From: Sphaerodactylus townsendi
Lineage: Eukaryota
Assembly: GCF_021028975.2 (NCBI RefSeq)
Contig: NC_059426.1
Span: 44,826,001 to 44,890,000, forward strand
DNA: 64,000 bases
Direction of reading: 5' to 3'
The position numbers and the translations under genes are program-made. Below the pieces are notes generated by a model. The model searched no databases and was not told where the DNA came from. It worked only from the letters and a program-made list of their open reading frames with translations. Position 1 is the stretch's first letter. Every line of letters begins with the position of its first letter. Of this stretch, positions 49,516 through 61,771 are shown one piece after another.

Positions 49516-50604
49516 AAACAAATCTGGAAGATGTTACTCAAAGACTAGATGAGTTCCAGGCCACGGCAGCTTCGACATACAAAAAGAGCGAGGGTTTAGT
49601 TTGAGAAGTAAATTGAAGATGTGGAGACAACATTTGACAGCTTCAACATGATTACAGCTGTGAATAACAAGGAGTGCACTACCGTTCTAGAAAATCGGAT
49701 TACAGGCACCTGGCAGAAGATACTCACAGATACCTGGCAGTGCGTGAGCTGGGCTTGGTTTCTAGGTTGTTAATACAGACTGTGTGCTCTTCTGATGTTT
49801 TCAGGCACCAGTCTTAAGTGGCCGAGCACTGCAAAGGAAACAATGGTAGAAAAAAACTTCAAAGACAATATTGAAGGATAATGCACTGGTGCATAAATAA
49901 GTTCCAGTCCTTCCCAAGCATATCATAATCTCACATTGCCCCATTTTCCCTTTGTAGTGGTTTAATGCTCAGGAATGCTAGTGCTCAGTGGGTTCTTAGG
50001 GAAATCCACACGAATTGCGCTTTAAGGAAAACACATGCAGTGACATACAGACTCCTGCATCCCTACGGTCGGGAGGATCAGGTTGTACATTCAAATTAAA
50101 CAGTATACATTTCCTACTACATGTCCAAGTAGTGCTAGTGTGTTGAGCAATTGCTTGTGAATTGAAAGAGAGGAGGGAAAGACCCTGAGAAAGGGAGCGC
50201 TTGCATGACAGTCCATTATGAGTAAATGGAAGATTTATCCAGTGACACCCTCTAGTTCTGTTCTGTGTAAGCTGCCACAACTGGAATTGCCTCTTTGTAG
50301 CATGTCTGCAGAAGGCCAGCTGCTTTGGACCCACTCAATTGGGGCTCAATTAATTCAGGAGTTTGGCATTTTTCACATTAAAAACTGGGTTTCAGAGAGG
50401 CAGAACTTAAAATATGCAACCAATATGAGAAGTCTTTTTTTTTAAAAAAAAATACACATTATAGGAAGCAGCTCACCAGCTTGAAGTCTCAGATTCCTCA
50501 GGGAATCCTTAAAATGACATGCCTGGAGAAGCTCAACATCCTTGACTGTGCAGTTGAGGAGTCTCCCCACTCAGAGTTCTCGTGGACTTTTTCAAGGATT
50601 TCAT

Positions 50605-53090
50605 TAGGGTTGGAGATTCGGACAGTCCAAATCCGAATTTTTACCGAATCTGCACGGATTCGGACGGATTCGGACGAGCAGGAGCCGAATCTGAGCTGTC
50701 CGAATCCTAACAGATCCGAATCCATGGGATTCGGATTACCAGCCGAATTGCGTTTTTATTTTTTGGTGTTTTTTTCACATTTCGGCCTGCAGGGGAGACA
50801 TTTTTAAACATATCAGCACCAAATTTTCAGGGTATCATCAGGAGACTGTCCTGATGATACCCTCCAAGTTTGGTGCATTTTGGTTTAGGGGGGCCAAAGT
50901 TATGGACCCCCAAAAGTGGTGTCCCTATCCCCCCATTCTTTCCAATGGGAACTAAGGAGATGAGGGCTACCCTTTTCAGGGTCCATAACTTTGGCCCCCC
51001 TGAACCAAACTGCACCAATCTTGAGGGTATCATCAGGACAGTCTCCTGATGATACACTGAAATATTGGTACCGATACATCTACAAATACGCCCCCTGCAG
51101 GCACCCCCAGAAATTTGCACAAGATTCTTTGTTCTGCAGTGACTTAGCTGCATTGCTGTCAATAGGGAATTTCTGAGGGGGCTGTGGAGTGCACATTTTT
51201 CATGGTAAACCCACAAAACTTTCAGGGTATCTTCAGGAGAGTCTCTGGATGACACCATCCAGGTTTGGGGAACTTTACTTCAGGTGGAAGTGGGAGATGG
51301 GCCCTACCCTTTTGGGTCCCATAGAATTAACCCCCCTGAAGCAAAATTCCCCAAACCTGGATGGTGTCATCCAGAGACTCTCCTGAAGATACCCTGAAAG
51401 TTTTGTGACCATACCTTCAGAAATGTGCACCTCACAGCCCTCTACCAGAAATTCCCCATTGACAGCAATACAGCCAAGTCACTGCAGAACAAAGAATCTT
51501 GGGCAAATTTCTGGGGGTGCCTGCAAGGGACGCTTATTTTGAGATGTATCGGCACCAAATTATCAGAGTATCATCAGGTGACTGTCCTGATGTTGCCCAC
51601 CAAGTTTGGTGCAGTTTGGTTCAGGTATGGACCCTCAAAAGGGGTGCAACTATCCCCCATTGTTTCCAATGGGAGCTGATAGGGGCTACACCTTTGAGAG
51701 TCCATAACTTTGGCTCCCCTGAACCAAACTGCACCAAACTTTGGGGGTATCATCAGGACAGTCTCCTGATGTTACCCTGAAAGTTTGGTGTCACTAGCTT
51801 TAAAAATGCTGGTTTGCGTGTTTCACCGCTCACTCACTCCAGCAGGCTTCATGTGCAGGAGCGGTGAAACATGAAACCGGAATTTTTAAAGCTAGTGGCA
51901 CCAATTTTCAAGGTATCATCAGGAGACTGTCCTGATGACACCCCCCAAGTTTGGTGCAGTTTGGTTCAGGGGGGCCAAAGTTATGGACCCTCAAAGGTGG
52001 CCTCTATCCCCCATTGTTTCCAATGACAGCTAAGGAGATGGTGGCTACCATTTTGAGGGTCCATAACTTTGGCCCCCCTAAACCAAACTGCACCAAGCGT
52101 GGGGGTGTCATCAGGACAGTCTCCTGATGATACCCTGATATTTTGGTGCTGATATGTCTAAAAATGTGCCCCTGCAGGCACCCCCAAAAATTTGCCCAAG
52201 GTTCTTTTTTCTGCAGTGACTTCTGCATTGCTGTCAATGTGGAATTTCTGGTGGAGGGCTGTGTGGTGCACATTTATCAAGGTACAGTCACAAAATGTTC
52301 AGGGTATCTTCAGGAGAGTCTCTGAATGACACCATCCAGGTTTGAGGAACTTTGCTTATGGGGCAGTGGGAGATGGACCCTACCCATAACATTGAACCCC
52401 TTGAAGCAACGGTCACCAAACCTGGATGGTGTCATGAAGAGACTCTCCTGAAGACACCCTGAAAGTTTTGTGGGTTTACCATGAGAAATGTGCACTCCAC
52501 AGCCCTCCCACAGAAATTTCCTATTGGCTGCAATGGAGCCAGCCAGCCACTACAGAGCACAGAATCTGGGGAAATTTCTTTGGGTGACTGTGAGGGGTGC
52601 AGTTTTAGAGCTACTGTCACCAAAATTTCGGGGTATCATAAATGTACTGTCCCTATGATACTCCCCAAGTTTGGTGAAGTTTGGTTCAGGGGTCCAACGT
52701 TATGGACCTTCAAAAGTGTAGCCCCCATCTCCTGTTAGCTTCCATTGGAAACAATGGGGGATGGGGCACCCCTTTTGAGTGTCAATAACTTTGCCCCCCC
52801 TGAACCAAACTGCACCAAACTTGGGGAGAATCATCAGGACAGTCTCCAGATGATATCCTGAAATTTTGGTGCCGCTAGCTTTAAAATTGCGTCCCCTGCA
52901 GGCCAAAACGTGTAAAAACACCCAAAATTCAAAAAAAAATAATAAAACGGACCCGAATTTTTCGGATTTACCCGAATTTTCGGGTATATCCGAATTGGCT
53001 ATGATTCGGATTCGGGCATACAAATCATTTTATGCCCCAAAATACCCAAATCCGAATTTTACCGAATTTTTTTAGTATTGACCAACCCTA
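50605..53090. mobile_element. 2,486-bp non-autonomous hAT-type foldback element
   Basis: TIR TAGGGTTGG / CCAACCCTA, perfect TSD GATTTCAT, subterminal CCGAAT/ATTCGG clusters, interior of 12 alternately oriented units, no credible ORF. Confidence 0.93.
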
Positions 53091-53231
53091 GATTTCATAG
53101 CTCCATCTTTAACTTCACATTTTCTTCCAGCACTTTCTATCAGATTTTTATCCATTCCTCCTTCTAAGGAGATCAGAGGGGCATACGTGGCTTTCCATTC
53201 CCCAGTTTGACATCACAACAACTGTCCTGTA

Positions 53232-53423
53232 CAGTGGTGGGATCCAAGAATTTTAATAACAGGTTCCGATAGTGGTGGGATTCAAACAGTGGCGCCGCCG
53301 CACACACGCACCTCCAGTCCCTATTGGGCAGGGAGGTTGCTTTAGTAAACCCTTCTCGGCACTCAGAAAAAATTATTAACCACTTCTAGAGAAGCGGTGA
53401 GAACTGGTTGGATCCCACCTCTG
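53232..53423. mobile_element. hAT MITE inserted in an old SINE
   Basis: CAGTGGTGGGATCCAA / TTGGATCCCACCTCTG, TSD GTCCTGTA/GTCCTTTA. Confidence 0.85.
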
Positions 53424-53629
53424 GTCCTTTAAGATATGTTAGGCTGACAGTACTAATGCCCTGAGCTGGTGAACCTTCTACTCCTGCTGTTTTGCTCACA
53501 TGCTGCAGGTGGTGCACCCCCACACTTGCTGGGCTATGGTTGCCAGCTCATGGTTGGGAAATACTTGAAGATTTGGGAGATTGGGCCTGAGGAGGGCCGG
53601 GTTTGGGGAGGGGAGGTATTCCAACAGGG

Positions 53630-53767
53630 CAGGGGTCTTCAAACTATGGCCCTCCAGATAGTCATGGACTACAATTTCCATCAGCATTCCCACTTGACCA
53701 TCCTGGCAGGGGCTGATGGGAATTGTAGTCCATGAACATCTGGAGGGCCATAGTTTGAAGACCCCTG
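53630..53767. mobile_element. Palindromic hAT MITE nested in a GGTTGCCAG-type element
   Basis: CAGGGGTCTTCAAACTATGGCCCTCCAGAT perfect inverted ends, TSD CAACAGGG/CAATAGGG. Confidence 0.9.
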
Positions 53768-54589
53768 CAATAGGGTTTATATGCCATAGAGTCTAAAACC
53801 CCTAAATAGCAGAGGTTATCTGAAGACGCATTCTTTTTTCCAATTCATCACCTGTGGCTTTGTTCTGGGTGTATCTGCCTTCACAGAGAATAGACGGGTG
53901 GGTGCCAATGACGAACCATTTTATTTGGTGGCTCTGCAAATATGGCATTCCCTTCCTAAAATATTCATTGAGTGTATGCTGTGTGATCTTATAGGTGCTA
54001 GGTCAAATCTGTCCTGTGTTTTCTAGTTCTTGGCAAGATGTAAAATATATGCAAGTACTAGTTTATTTTCACCTGCAGCTTATCATGGTTTGTCCTGCCT
54101 TTGGGTCATCTGATTAAGTTCATTTTCCACTAGAAATTCATAGACTTAAAAGAAAATCATTGGTATGTTCTACCCATTGGGAAACCAATGGGTAGAAAGA
54201 AAGGTGAGAACTTTTTCAAAACAAGGAAAATGCTTTGGAAGAAATTAGATGGCATAGTTAAGGGTCCTGCTATTGTCCAGCCTGGTAGTTCCCAAAATGC
54301 CAGTAATACTAGTAAAATTTCATATTTAATTGCAAAGTAATAGTTGTGATTTTTTTAAAAAAATGTATATTTATTAACAGGCAAAAACCACACAGATGGA
54401 AAGTGCTTTGATATATTTACTAGGTGTTTGCATGAGAAATTCTCTAACTGAAGATATATACAGAAATCACTGGTTCAGGTAGTACAGGGAGGAGAACAGA
54501 GAGAACTCAGCCAATCACCTTTGCAGAAAGGCTGCAGAGAGATGTCACTCTTCTTCACTCCTTATGTGGGTGTGGTTCAGTAGAATGGC

Positions 54590-54970
54590 TGGGGGCACCT
54601 TGTTCAAGAACCCACAGAATTGGATCCCTTGATCCAAATCACTAGAAACTTGGGTGATCTGGAAAAGACAAGCAGTCCTCACTCTCCTGAAATTCTGGGG
54701 ACATTTGGTTGAAAAACAGAAACACCATTCTGAACCCCTAAAATCCATAGGAAATAACAGTAAAATGGCAATCTAACCTTCTCCCTCCTTTTGGGGGTGG
54801 GGAGGCAGAATACTTTTCCTTCTGAAAATACAATTCCTGGGAGCACTTTGCTCAAGGTTGAATAGAACTGGAACCCTTGGTCCAATTTGCTTGAAACTTT
54901 GGTGGTCTTGAGGAGATATATAGTCCTCACTGCCCAGCAATTTTGTTGTCATTTGGTTGAAAAAACAGAC
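54590..54970. repeat. Degenerate ~248-bp tandem duplication
   Basis: AGTCCTCACT...CATTTGGTTGAAAAA occurs at ~54674 and ~54922. Confidence 0.6.
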
Positions 54971-55195
54971 ATTTCATACATGCACACCCCAATCCCCTAC
55001 ACTGCAGGAAATAATGAAAAACTGCCAGCCTTGTGTGAAACAAACATACCAAAACAAGGTCATATGGCAAACACAGCGTTTTCAGCAGATAGGTAAAAAA
55101 ATAATAATCAGTCAATCATTGTAAGAGTAGGAAAATGAAATGAATCCAGACAGAGCTTTTTAAAAAATGATTGTGGCCCATGTCATGCTCTACCC

Positions 55196-55675
55196 CAGTG
55201 ATGGCGAACCTATGGCATGGGTGCCAGAGGTGGCACTCGGAGCCCTCTCTGTGGGCACACACACAGAGAGTTCATCATGTGGGGGACCCCGGAAAATCAC
55301 TCCCACACACACAAACAAACACATCTAGGCTGGCCTGGGCCATTGAGCACGATGTGCGCGCACCGCGGTGAGCAGGGAGAACTCAGCTAGTGGTCCTGGT
55401 GCCTGTGCTCCGGGTGGCTGCTGCCCAAGCGGGGGGGCACAGAGGAGGCAGAGATGCTAGAGAGGCACAGAGTGGTGTGCGCAGGACTTGCTAGAGGCTA
55501 GAGCAGGCTGGCCCCTGCTCGAGCAGGTGGGGCGTAGGAAGAGGGAGCCAACCGGTTTTTTCTAAACTAAAACCTCAGCATTCAGGTTAAATTGCCGGGT
55601 TGGCACTTTGCGATAAATAAGTGGGGTTTGGGTTGCAATTTGGGCACTTGGTCTTAAAAAGGTTCACCATCACTG
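55196..55675. mobile_element. hAT (Charlie-type) MITE
   Basis: TIR CAGTGATGGCGAACCT / AGGTTCACCATCACTG, perfect TSD CTCTACCC. Confidence 0.9.
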
Positions 55676-56301
55676 CTCTACCCCAATAGGAATCAGTGAG
55701 GAGAATTCAGCTTGCACTGAGAGGCAGCTACTTTGGGTATGTAAAAACAAACTCCTTTGTCTTCTTGAAACTTGAGGGTCCTTATTAGAGGGAGGGTTGT
55801 GCAAATTTGGTGCCATTATCTTTCTAAACAGCTGCCCAGACCCTCCAGTAGATTCCCCATTTACATTGATTCTCCATTGACAATTCCTGAAGATCCAGAA
55901 CCCCAAAAGCAAGCAAACAAAACCACACTGATTTGAATCCTGAGCAGCAATGTCATATGCAAACATAAGTAATTACAAAACAAAACAAAACCTCCCCTCA
56001 AACCTCAGTTACAAAAATATAATGGACTTTTTTTTTCTTGGTTGAAACCCCTAAATTTCAACACAGCAACTTCAGTGGCCAAAGAGTCAAACCATTCCAA
56101 CCAGAAAAAAAGAATTATATCCTTGATGGCGACTAATCAGGGTACCCATAAAGTGTGCCAATATAGCCTAAAAATGTTTAAACCTCCATTCCATCATAAA
56201 TTCAATGGAGTCTCTAACTGCTAAGGCAAGGAAGGAGGAGGGACAAAGTCAGGAAGCCAGTAAGATGGAATGGATCTTTGGCTGCCTCAGCCAAAGACGC
56301 T

Positions 56302-56442
56302 GGCCCCTTCTGCACATGCAGAATAATGCACTTTCAATCCACTTTCAATGCACTTTGCAGCTGTGCAGAATAGCAAAATCTACTTGCAAACAATTGCGGA
56401 AGTGGGTTGAAAGTGCATTATTCTGCATGTGCAGAAGGGGCC
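56302..56442. mobile_element. 141-bp Harbinger-like MITE, long-TIR variant
   Basis: GGCCCCTTCTGCACATGCAGAATAATGCACTTTCAA perfect inverted ends. Confidence 0.88.
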
Positions 56443-56787
56443 CTGGTGGAACATCTCCGCTTTAAAGGCTCTGGGGAATTGACTTTCCTTTCCTACTGAG
56501 TGAGTAGTTTCACTTCACTCACGGTACATACGCTTACCTGCTTTTTTAGCTGCTTTGCTACTTTCCCCAATGAACGGTGCTTATGCTCAATTATAAGTGC
56601 ATAAATGTATCACTTCATAACTGGTCCACATACACCCTGCCTTTTCTAAGCCAGTCTCTGTGTAGTTGGATGGATTTTCATGGGATTGAAGATTTATTCC
56701 TTTAAAAATGTTGGAATGAGCTCTATACATGCTGTCTAGTTTATGGATTTTTCATGACAAGCCCACATAACATAACATGTATGTTCC

Positions 56788-57060
56788 AGGAGCAGCAGTG
56801 GCATAGGAGGTTAAGAGCTCGTGTATCTAATCTGGAGGAACCGGGTTTGATTCTCCGCTCTGCCACCTGAGCTGTGGAGGCTTATCTGGGGAATTCAGAT
56901 TAGCTTGTACACTCCCACACACACCAGCTGGGTGACTTTGGGCTAGTCACAGCTTCTCGGAGCTCTCTCAGCCCTGCTTACCTCACAGGGTGTCTGTTGT
57001 GAGGGGGGAAGGGCAAAGAGATTGTAAGCCCCTTTGAGTCTTCTGCAGGAGAGAAAGGGG
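56788..57060 (+). mobile_element. Young tRNA SINE (Squam3B-like); tail falls in an N-gap
   Basis: Same family as 25791-26090. Confidence 0.9.
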
Positions 57061-58171
57061 NNNNNNNNNNNNNNNNNNNNNNNNNNNNNNNNNNNNNNNN
57101 NNNNNNNNNNNNNNNNNNNNNNNNNNNNNNNNNNNNNNNNNNNNNNNNNNNNNNNNNNNNNNNNNNNNNNNNNNNNNNNNNNNNNNNNNNNNNNNNNNNN
57201 NNNNNNNNNAGAAACTTTCCCATAGATGCATTATTGTATAAGGAATCATCTGTATCCGCATACTGTTCTTGAATGGAAAATACAGCTTTATTCCCATAAA
57301 CCACTAATGTCAAGTATCTGTTCCTGCAACAAGGTAGATTTTAAGAAGTGGAGGGGTGCTCTGAGACAGAATCTCTGCAATACAAACCCAAGGAAGGAGC
57401 CATGCATTCTCAAGCTGGTATCGCGCTGCCAGCAGCTCATCCAAAGCTTTTACATGTCGCCAGATCTGCTCCAAACTAACACAGTTTGCAAAGTGGAAAG
57501 AAAAGGAATTGAAGAAGCAAAAATAAATATTACAGCACGTAAGAATTAAACACTGCCTACTTAAATAGCAATTAAGCTTCTGAAAACAAGATCATCACAC
57601 CTGTACAAGAAAAGACATGCACGCTNNNNNNNNNNNNNNNNNNNNNNNNNNNNNNNNNNNNNNNNNNNNNNNNNNNNNNNNNNNNNNNNNNNNNNNNNNN
57701 NNNNNNNNNNNNNNNNNNNNNNNNNNNNNNNNNNNNNNNNNNNNNNNNNNNNNNNNNNNNNNNNNCACAATTCGATGCATGAATAATTCAGCTTGTTTCC
57801 AGCAAGATATTTTAAAAGTATGCAACTGTATTTATTTATTAATAAATACATAGGTTGTCCTGTAAGACATGTAGGTTATTCCTCCCCCTCATATTCAGAT
57901 CAGCCATAATCATTTCTTTTTAGTGTAAATACAAATCAAAAGGTCTGATAATGAGGACAAAGGAGTCTTCTCGGTGTTCTAGGGAAAGAAAATCATCATT
58001 TCTGATACAGTTTTACAGAAGTGATAGAAGATAGATTGACTAAAGTACAAATCTAATTCTTCACTCAGAAAATTGTTGATGATTTTGAATTTTGGTTATA
58101 TACTTTTCCTGTTTCTTACTTCTTAATATACTAAGTGAAAGAAGGCATCACAGATTATCCATTGTCTAAAG

Positions 58172-58319
58172 CAGGGGTAGGGAACCTGCGGCTCTCCAGA
58201 TGTTCAGGAACTACAATTCCCATCAGCCTCTGTCAGCATGGCCAATTGGCCATGCTGGTAGGGGCTGATGGGAATTGTAGTTCCTGAACATCTGGAGAGC
58301 CGCAGGTTCCCTACCCCTG
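58172..58319. mobile_element. 148-bp palindromic hAT MITE
   Basis: Near-identical to 44787; TSD GTCTAAAG. Confidence 0.95.
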
Positions 58320-58414
58320 GTCTAAAGATACTATATGAAGCTGGGGCAAGAATCTTGTTCATAGTTCTCCTTGATATTTTTACTGCAGCAACAGTAACAA
58401 TTCACTAACAATTT

Positions 58415-58710
58415 AGCCAGCATTATGTAGTAGTAAAGAGTGGTGGACTCTAATCTGGAGAACCAGATTTGATTCCCCACTTCTCCACATGAGTGGCAAA
58501 TGCTAATCTAGGTGAACTGGATTTGTTTCCCCACTCCCACACATGCCTGCTGGATGACCTTGGGCTACTGAGTTCTCTGAGAACTCTCTCAGCTCCACCT
58601 ACCTCACAAGGCATCTGTTGTGGGGAGGGGAAGGGAAGGAGTTGTAAACTGCTTTAAGATTCCTCATGGTTGAGAAAGGTAGGGTATAAATCCAAACTCT
58701 TCTTTTCTTT
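58415..58710 (+). mobile_element. tRNA SINE (Squam3B-like, older)
   Basis: Duplicated CTAATCT.G...GATTTG.TTCCCCACT head, CORE segment, GGGTATAAATCCAAACTCTTCTT tail. Confidence 0.82.
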
Positions 58711-59014
58711 TTAAGAGACAAGTCTTTTTTTTTTTAAGTTGGAGTGTGGGTTCATGAATGTTTAAGCTATATTGGGGCCCGTTATGGATTAATCAAGAAT
58801 ATAGCTGGATGCTATGTTTTAATGTTTAAACATTGTTGTTATTGTTGATCAGTTTTTTGTTATGGACTGATGTTGCTAAGTTGTGTGTGTGAGCTGCCCT
58901 GGGAAAGAGCAGGGTAGCAAATTCAATTAGTTAATTATATTACAGTGCAAAAAAAATCCTGATGTGGTTGTTTCCATTGTGTTCCTGTGGTATAATGTAA
59001 TTATTGGATTCTAA

Positions 59015-59205
59015 AAGACAATAATGCTAGCAAAAATTGAAGTTAGTAGGAAAAGAGGAGGACCCATCTGGAGATGGACTGATTCAGCAAAACGAAGCTG
59101 GGGCCTTCAGTTTGCAAAACTATTAATGATAGAATGTTTTGGAGATCATTATTCTATAGGTTTGAAATATGTTGGAAGTGACTTGAGGGCACATAGCGCA
59201 CAATA
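59015..59205 (+). mobile_element. RTE/BovB-clade LINE 3' fragment
   Basis: KTIMLAKIEVSRKRGGPIWRWTDS resembles the RTE motif MLGKxEGxRxRGRxxxRWxD. Confidence 0.75.
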
Positions 59206-61409
59206 TACACACTATATATGACACAACTTGATCTCTGTCTAGGATTAACAGAAGTAGACTGCTGTTCGGAATCATAACCTCCTCAAATGGCTATGTTCCT
59301 ATTGGATGGAACCAAGGAAACCTAGTATTAGAAATGGTGCAAATGCCACCTGTTTGTCCAATAGCATTTCAAATGACTACAGAACTACTTCATAGATGTG
59401 TAGTAACGGTTATGGTAAAGTTTCATTTTCTTATCTTGCTGGGGCTTTTTCATCTCCACATTAGGTAAGACTGATTCTCCCCGAGGTCGTAACTTCTCCA
59501 GTCAGATCATTAAATATGTAAGGTGGGGAGGAACTATGTCTCCTTTAAGGCTGTGAAGAAATATAACTGTGCAAATAACAGAAACAGATATTATGATTTT
59601 TAAAAACTGAGTGCCTGTTTATAATTGCTGACTGACTGATTTGCTCATTGTTTAGTTGTGCCATTGGTTGTCAAGCAGCGTGCAGGGATAACGAGTCTGT
59701 GGGAAGGGCAAAAAGAAGGACTTCCATTGGGCACTGTGAGAATGTCAATGAGTAAAACGTTGCTAACTGCAATTTGAATACTTTAAAAGTAGTCTGACAA
59801 ACAGACTCAAACTGTTCATGAACAGCAAACTGATCATCAGACAATCTTGTTCACAAATGATGATCAATTCGTGGGCTGAACTGGTGGGTATTAATTAATT
59901 TTGAAGTAGTTTGCCAAACTAAACCAGTAATGGCAACCACATCTGAAAATATTAAGTGCAGAATAATATATATTAGATAGCATAAATAGTGAAATGAAAA
60001 ATAAACACTTCTGGTATAGCATTTTTATGATGATAAAGTCCATCAAATATTTCAGGAATTAGGATGAGGAGGCATACAAACTGGTAGCCTGCTTAATAAA
60101 TATAGGTGACAATTCAGCTCTGAAACTGTTAAATATGTGGATCCATTTAATGTTTGGTTCATTTATTATAGGTTATCTGAGTAATTAGAAAAATGAATTC
60201 CTTGTTCAATTATTTTATAGGGGGAATAATGGGATCAGAAAGCAATATGGGATGTACCCAACATTTTGTGATTATTCCACTCGTTTTAAAAAATTACCGT
60301 CACGGATTTGGACAAAAAAAACCCAGACATCAATTTCCCACTCACATCATTTAAATTTTGTGACAAAAATACTGTCCAAAATGACACATTTTGCTCACCT
60401 GTATGCCAATTCTAGTGTGCCTGTTGCTTGTCTTGCCTAATGTAGAAGATGCTAAATTCCTTCACTCCAATTCAAGAAGACCATTTGCTGTACTTACTAG
60501 CAATGTTACCAAAATAAATCTTTGGTTAGTCTCATCTTTATAGGACCAAACTAGGCAACCTTGTATTTGTTTTTTTTTAAAGGTATATACTTACAGCCTC
60601 AAAGATGAACCATAGGCAAGCAATAATTCACTGATAGTGAGGGGGAGGAGAGGAACTAGTCTTCTTGAAGCAAGGTTCATCAACATCAACATGTACACAA
60701 ATTGTTGTGCAGACTTCAGGGTATGATCTTGAAAGAAACAGATCTAAAATGTACAGCAATGATAGTATAAACTGGACTGTCAATATGTGCTCCTTTTGTA
60801 ATAAGTGCTGAATTTCTTTGATGTATTAGAGCTTTTAGATGGCCATATTTATGGTCATGTTTTCAGTGCCATGTTCTTCACTAGTCATACTCATGAAATG
60901 CTAGCTGAGGATGGAGGTTCTTACTAGTGATATGCTGTTGCATAATTCTTGGGAAGTCAATAAAATTCAATTTTCTTTCTCCTTTCTAGACTGGGTGATG
61001 GTATTCTTCAGCCTTTCTTACAGAAAATGTGATTGTAGTGCACCATGAAAAAAAAATCCATAGTGCTTTGCAGCTGAATGTTGTATGTTAAGGCATGATT
61101 ATTAAAAACACCCATCCATAGGGGAGGGCAAAAGAGCTAATGGGAGTGGCATGCTTTCACACCAGCATAATTGCCTTCCCTGGGGCACTTACCCTAGCAG
61201 AGAGCAAGATGTGCCAGTGGCCTGCCACCCCACAACTCCACCACTGCAGAACCCGGAGGTTGGGCTGTGGCTAGGTTGCGCTGGCATCCCACTCAGGCGC
61301 CAGCATGGGAGGGGCAGTCTGGGGCATTTCCAAGGGTGGAGCTGTCTTTAGTTGGCTCCCTACTGGAATTGAGTTCCGGTACCATGGTGCACTAGCCCTT
61401 GGATATATG

Positions 61410-61545
61410 CAGTGGTGAGATTCAGTAGGTTTGCACCACTTCGGCAGAACCGGTTGTTAAAATGGTGCTTGTAAACAAACAGTTGTTAAATTATTTGAAT
61501 CCCACCATTGTAACCGGTTGTTAAATTGTTTGAATCCCACCACTG
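61410..61545 (+). mobile_element. hAT MITE, CAGTGGTGGGATT family
   Basis: TIRs plus perfect TSD GATATATG. Confidence 0.92.
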
Positions 61546-61608
61546 GATATATGCCTACCTTTCAGTGGCATACATCCATGTAGCTATTTTGGGGCTTTTT
61601 GGTGGGGG

Positions 61609-61771
61609 CAGTGGCGTAGCGCCCAGGAGGTGGGGGCACGTGGGGGGGGGGCTGGGGCATGACAAGGATGTTCTGGGGCATTCCGCAGGCATGGTAAGGA
61701 TGGACGAGGACACGGCAGGGGTGCAGGGCACCCATGTGCCCTGGGCACAGTTCTCCCTCGCTATAGCTCTG
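61609..61771. mobile_element. GC-rich hAT MITE
   Basis: CAGTGGCGTAGCG / CGCTATAGCTCTG, perfect TSD GGTGGGGG. Confidence 0.8.

Noticed and set aside
49480-49775. Further protein-like open stretches after the CLIS stop (..KTNLEDVTQRLDEF.., ..EDVETTFDSFNM..)
   Set aside because: They need two frameshifts to join and no parent gene is recognised; a pseudogene reading remains an untested alternative.
50786-52900. Regularly spaced palindromic ~35-bp repeats resembling a CRISPR array
   Set aside because: Eukaryotic context, alternating orientation, spacers that are themselves repeats, no cas genes, and the array is bounded by a hAT TIR and TSD.
60028-60123. Box C/D snoRNA candidate (ATGATGA...CTGA)
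   Set aside because: No convincing terminal stem or recognisable rRNA antisense element; such matches are expected by chance in AT-rich DNA.
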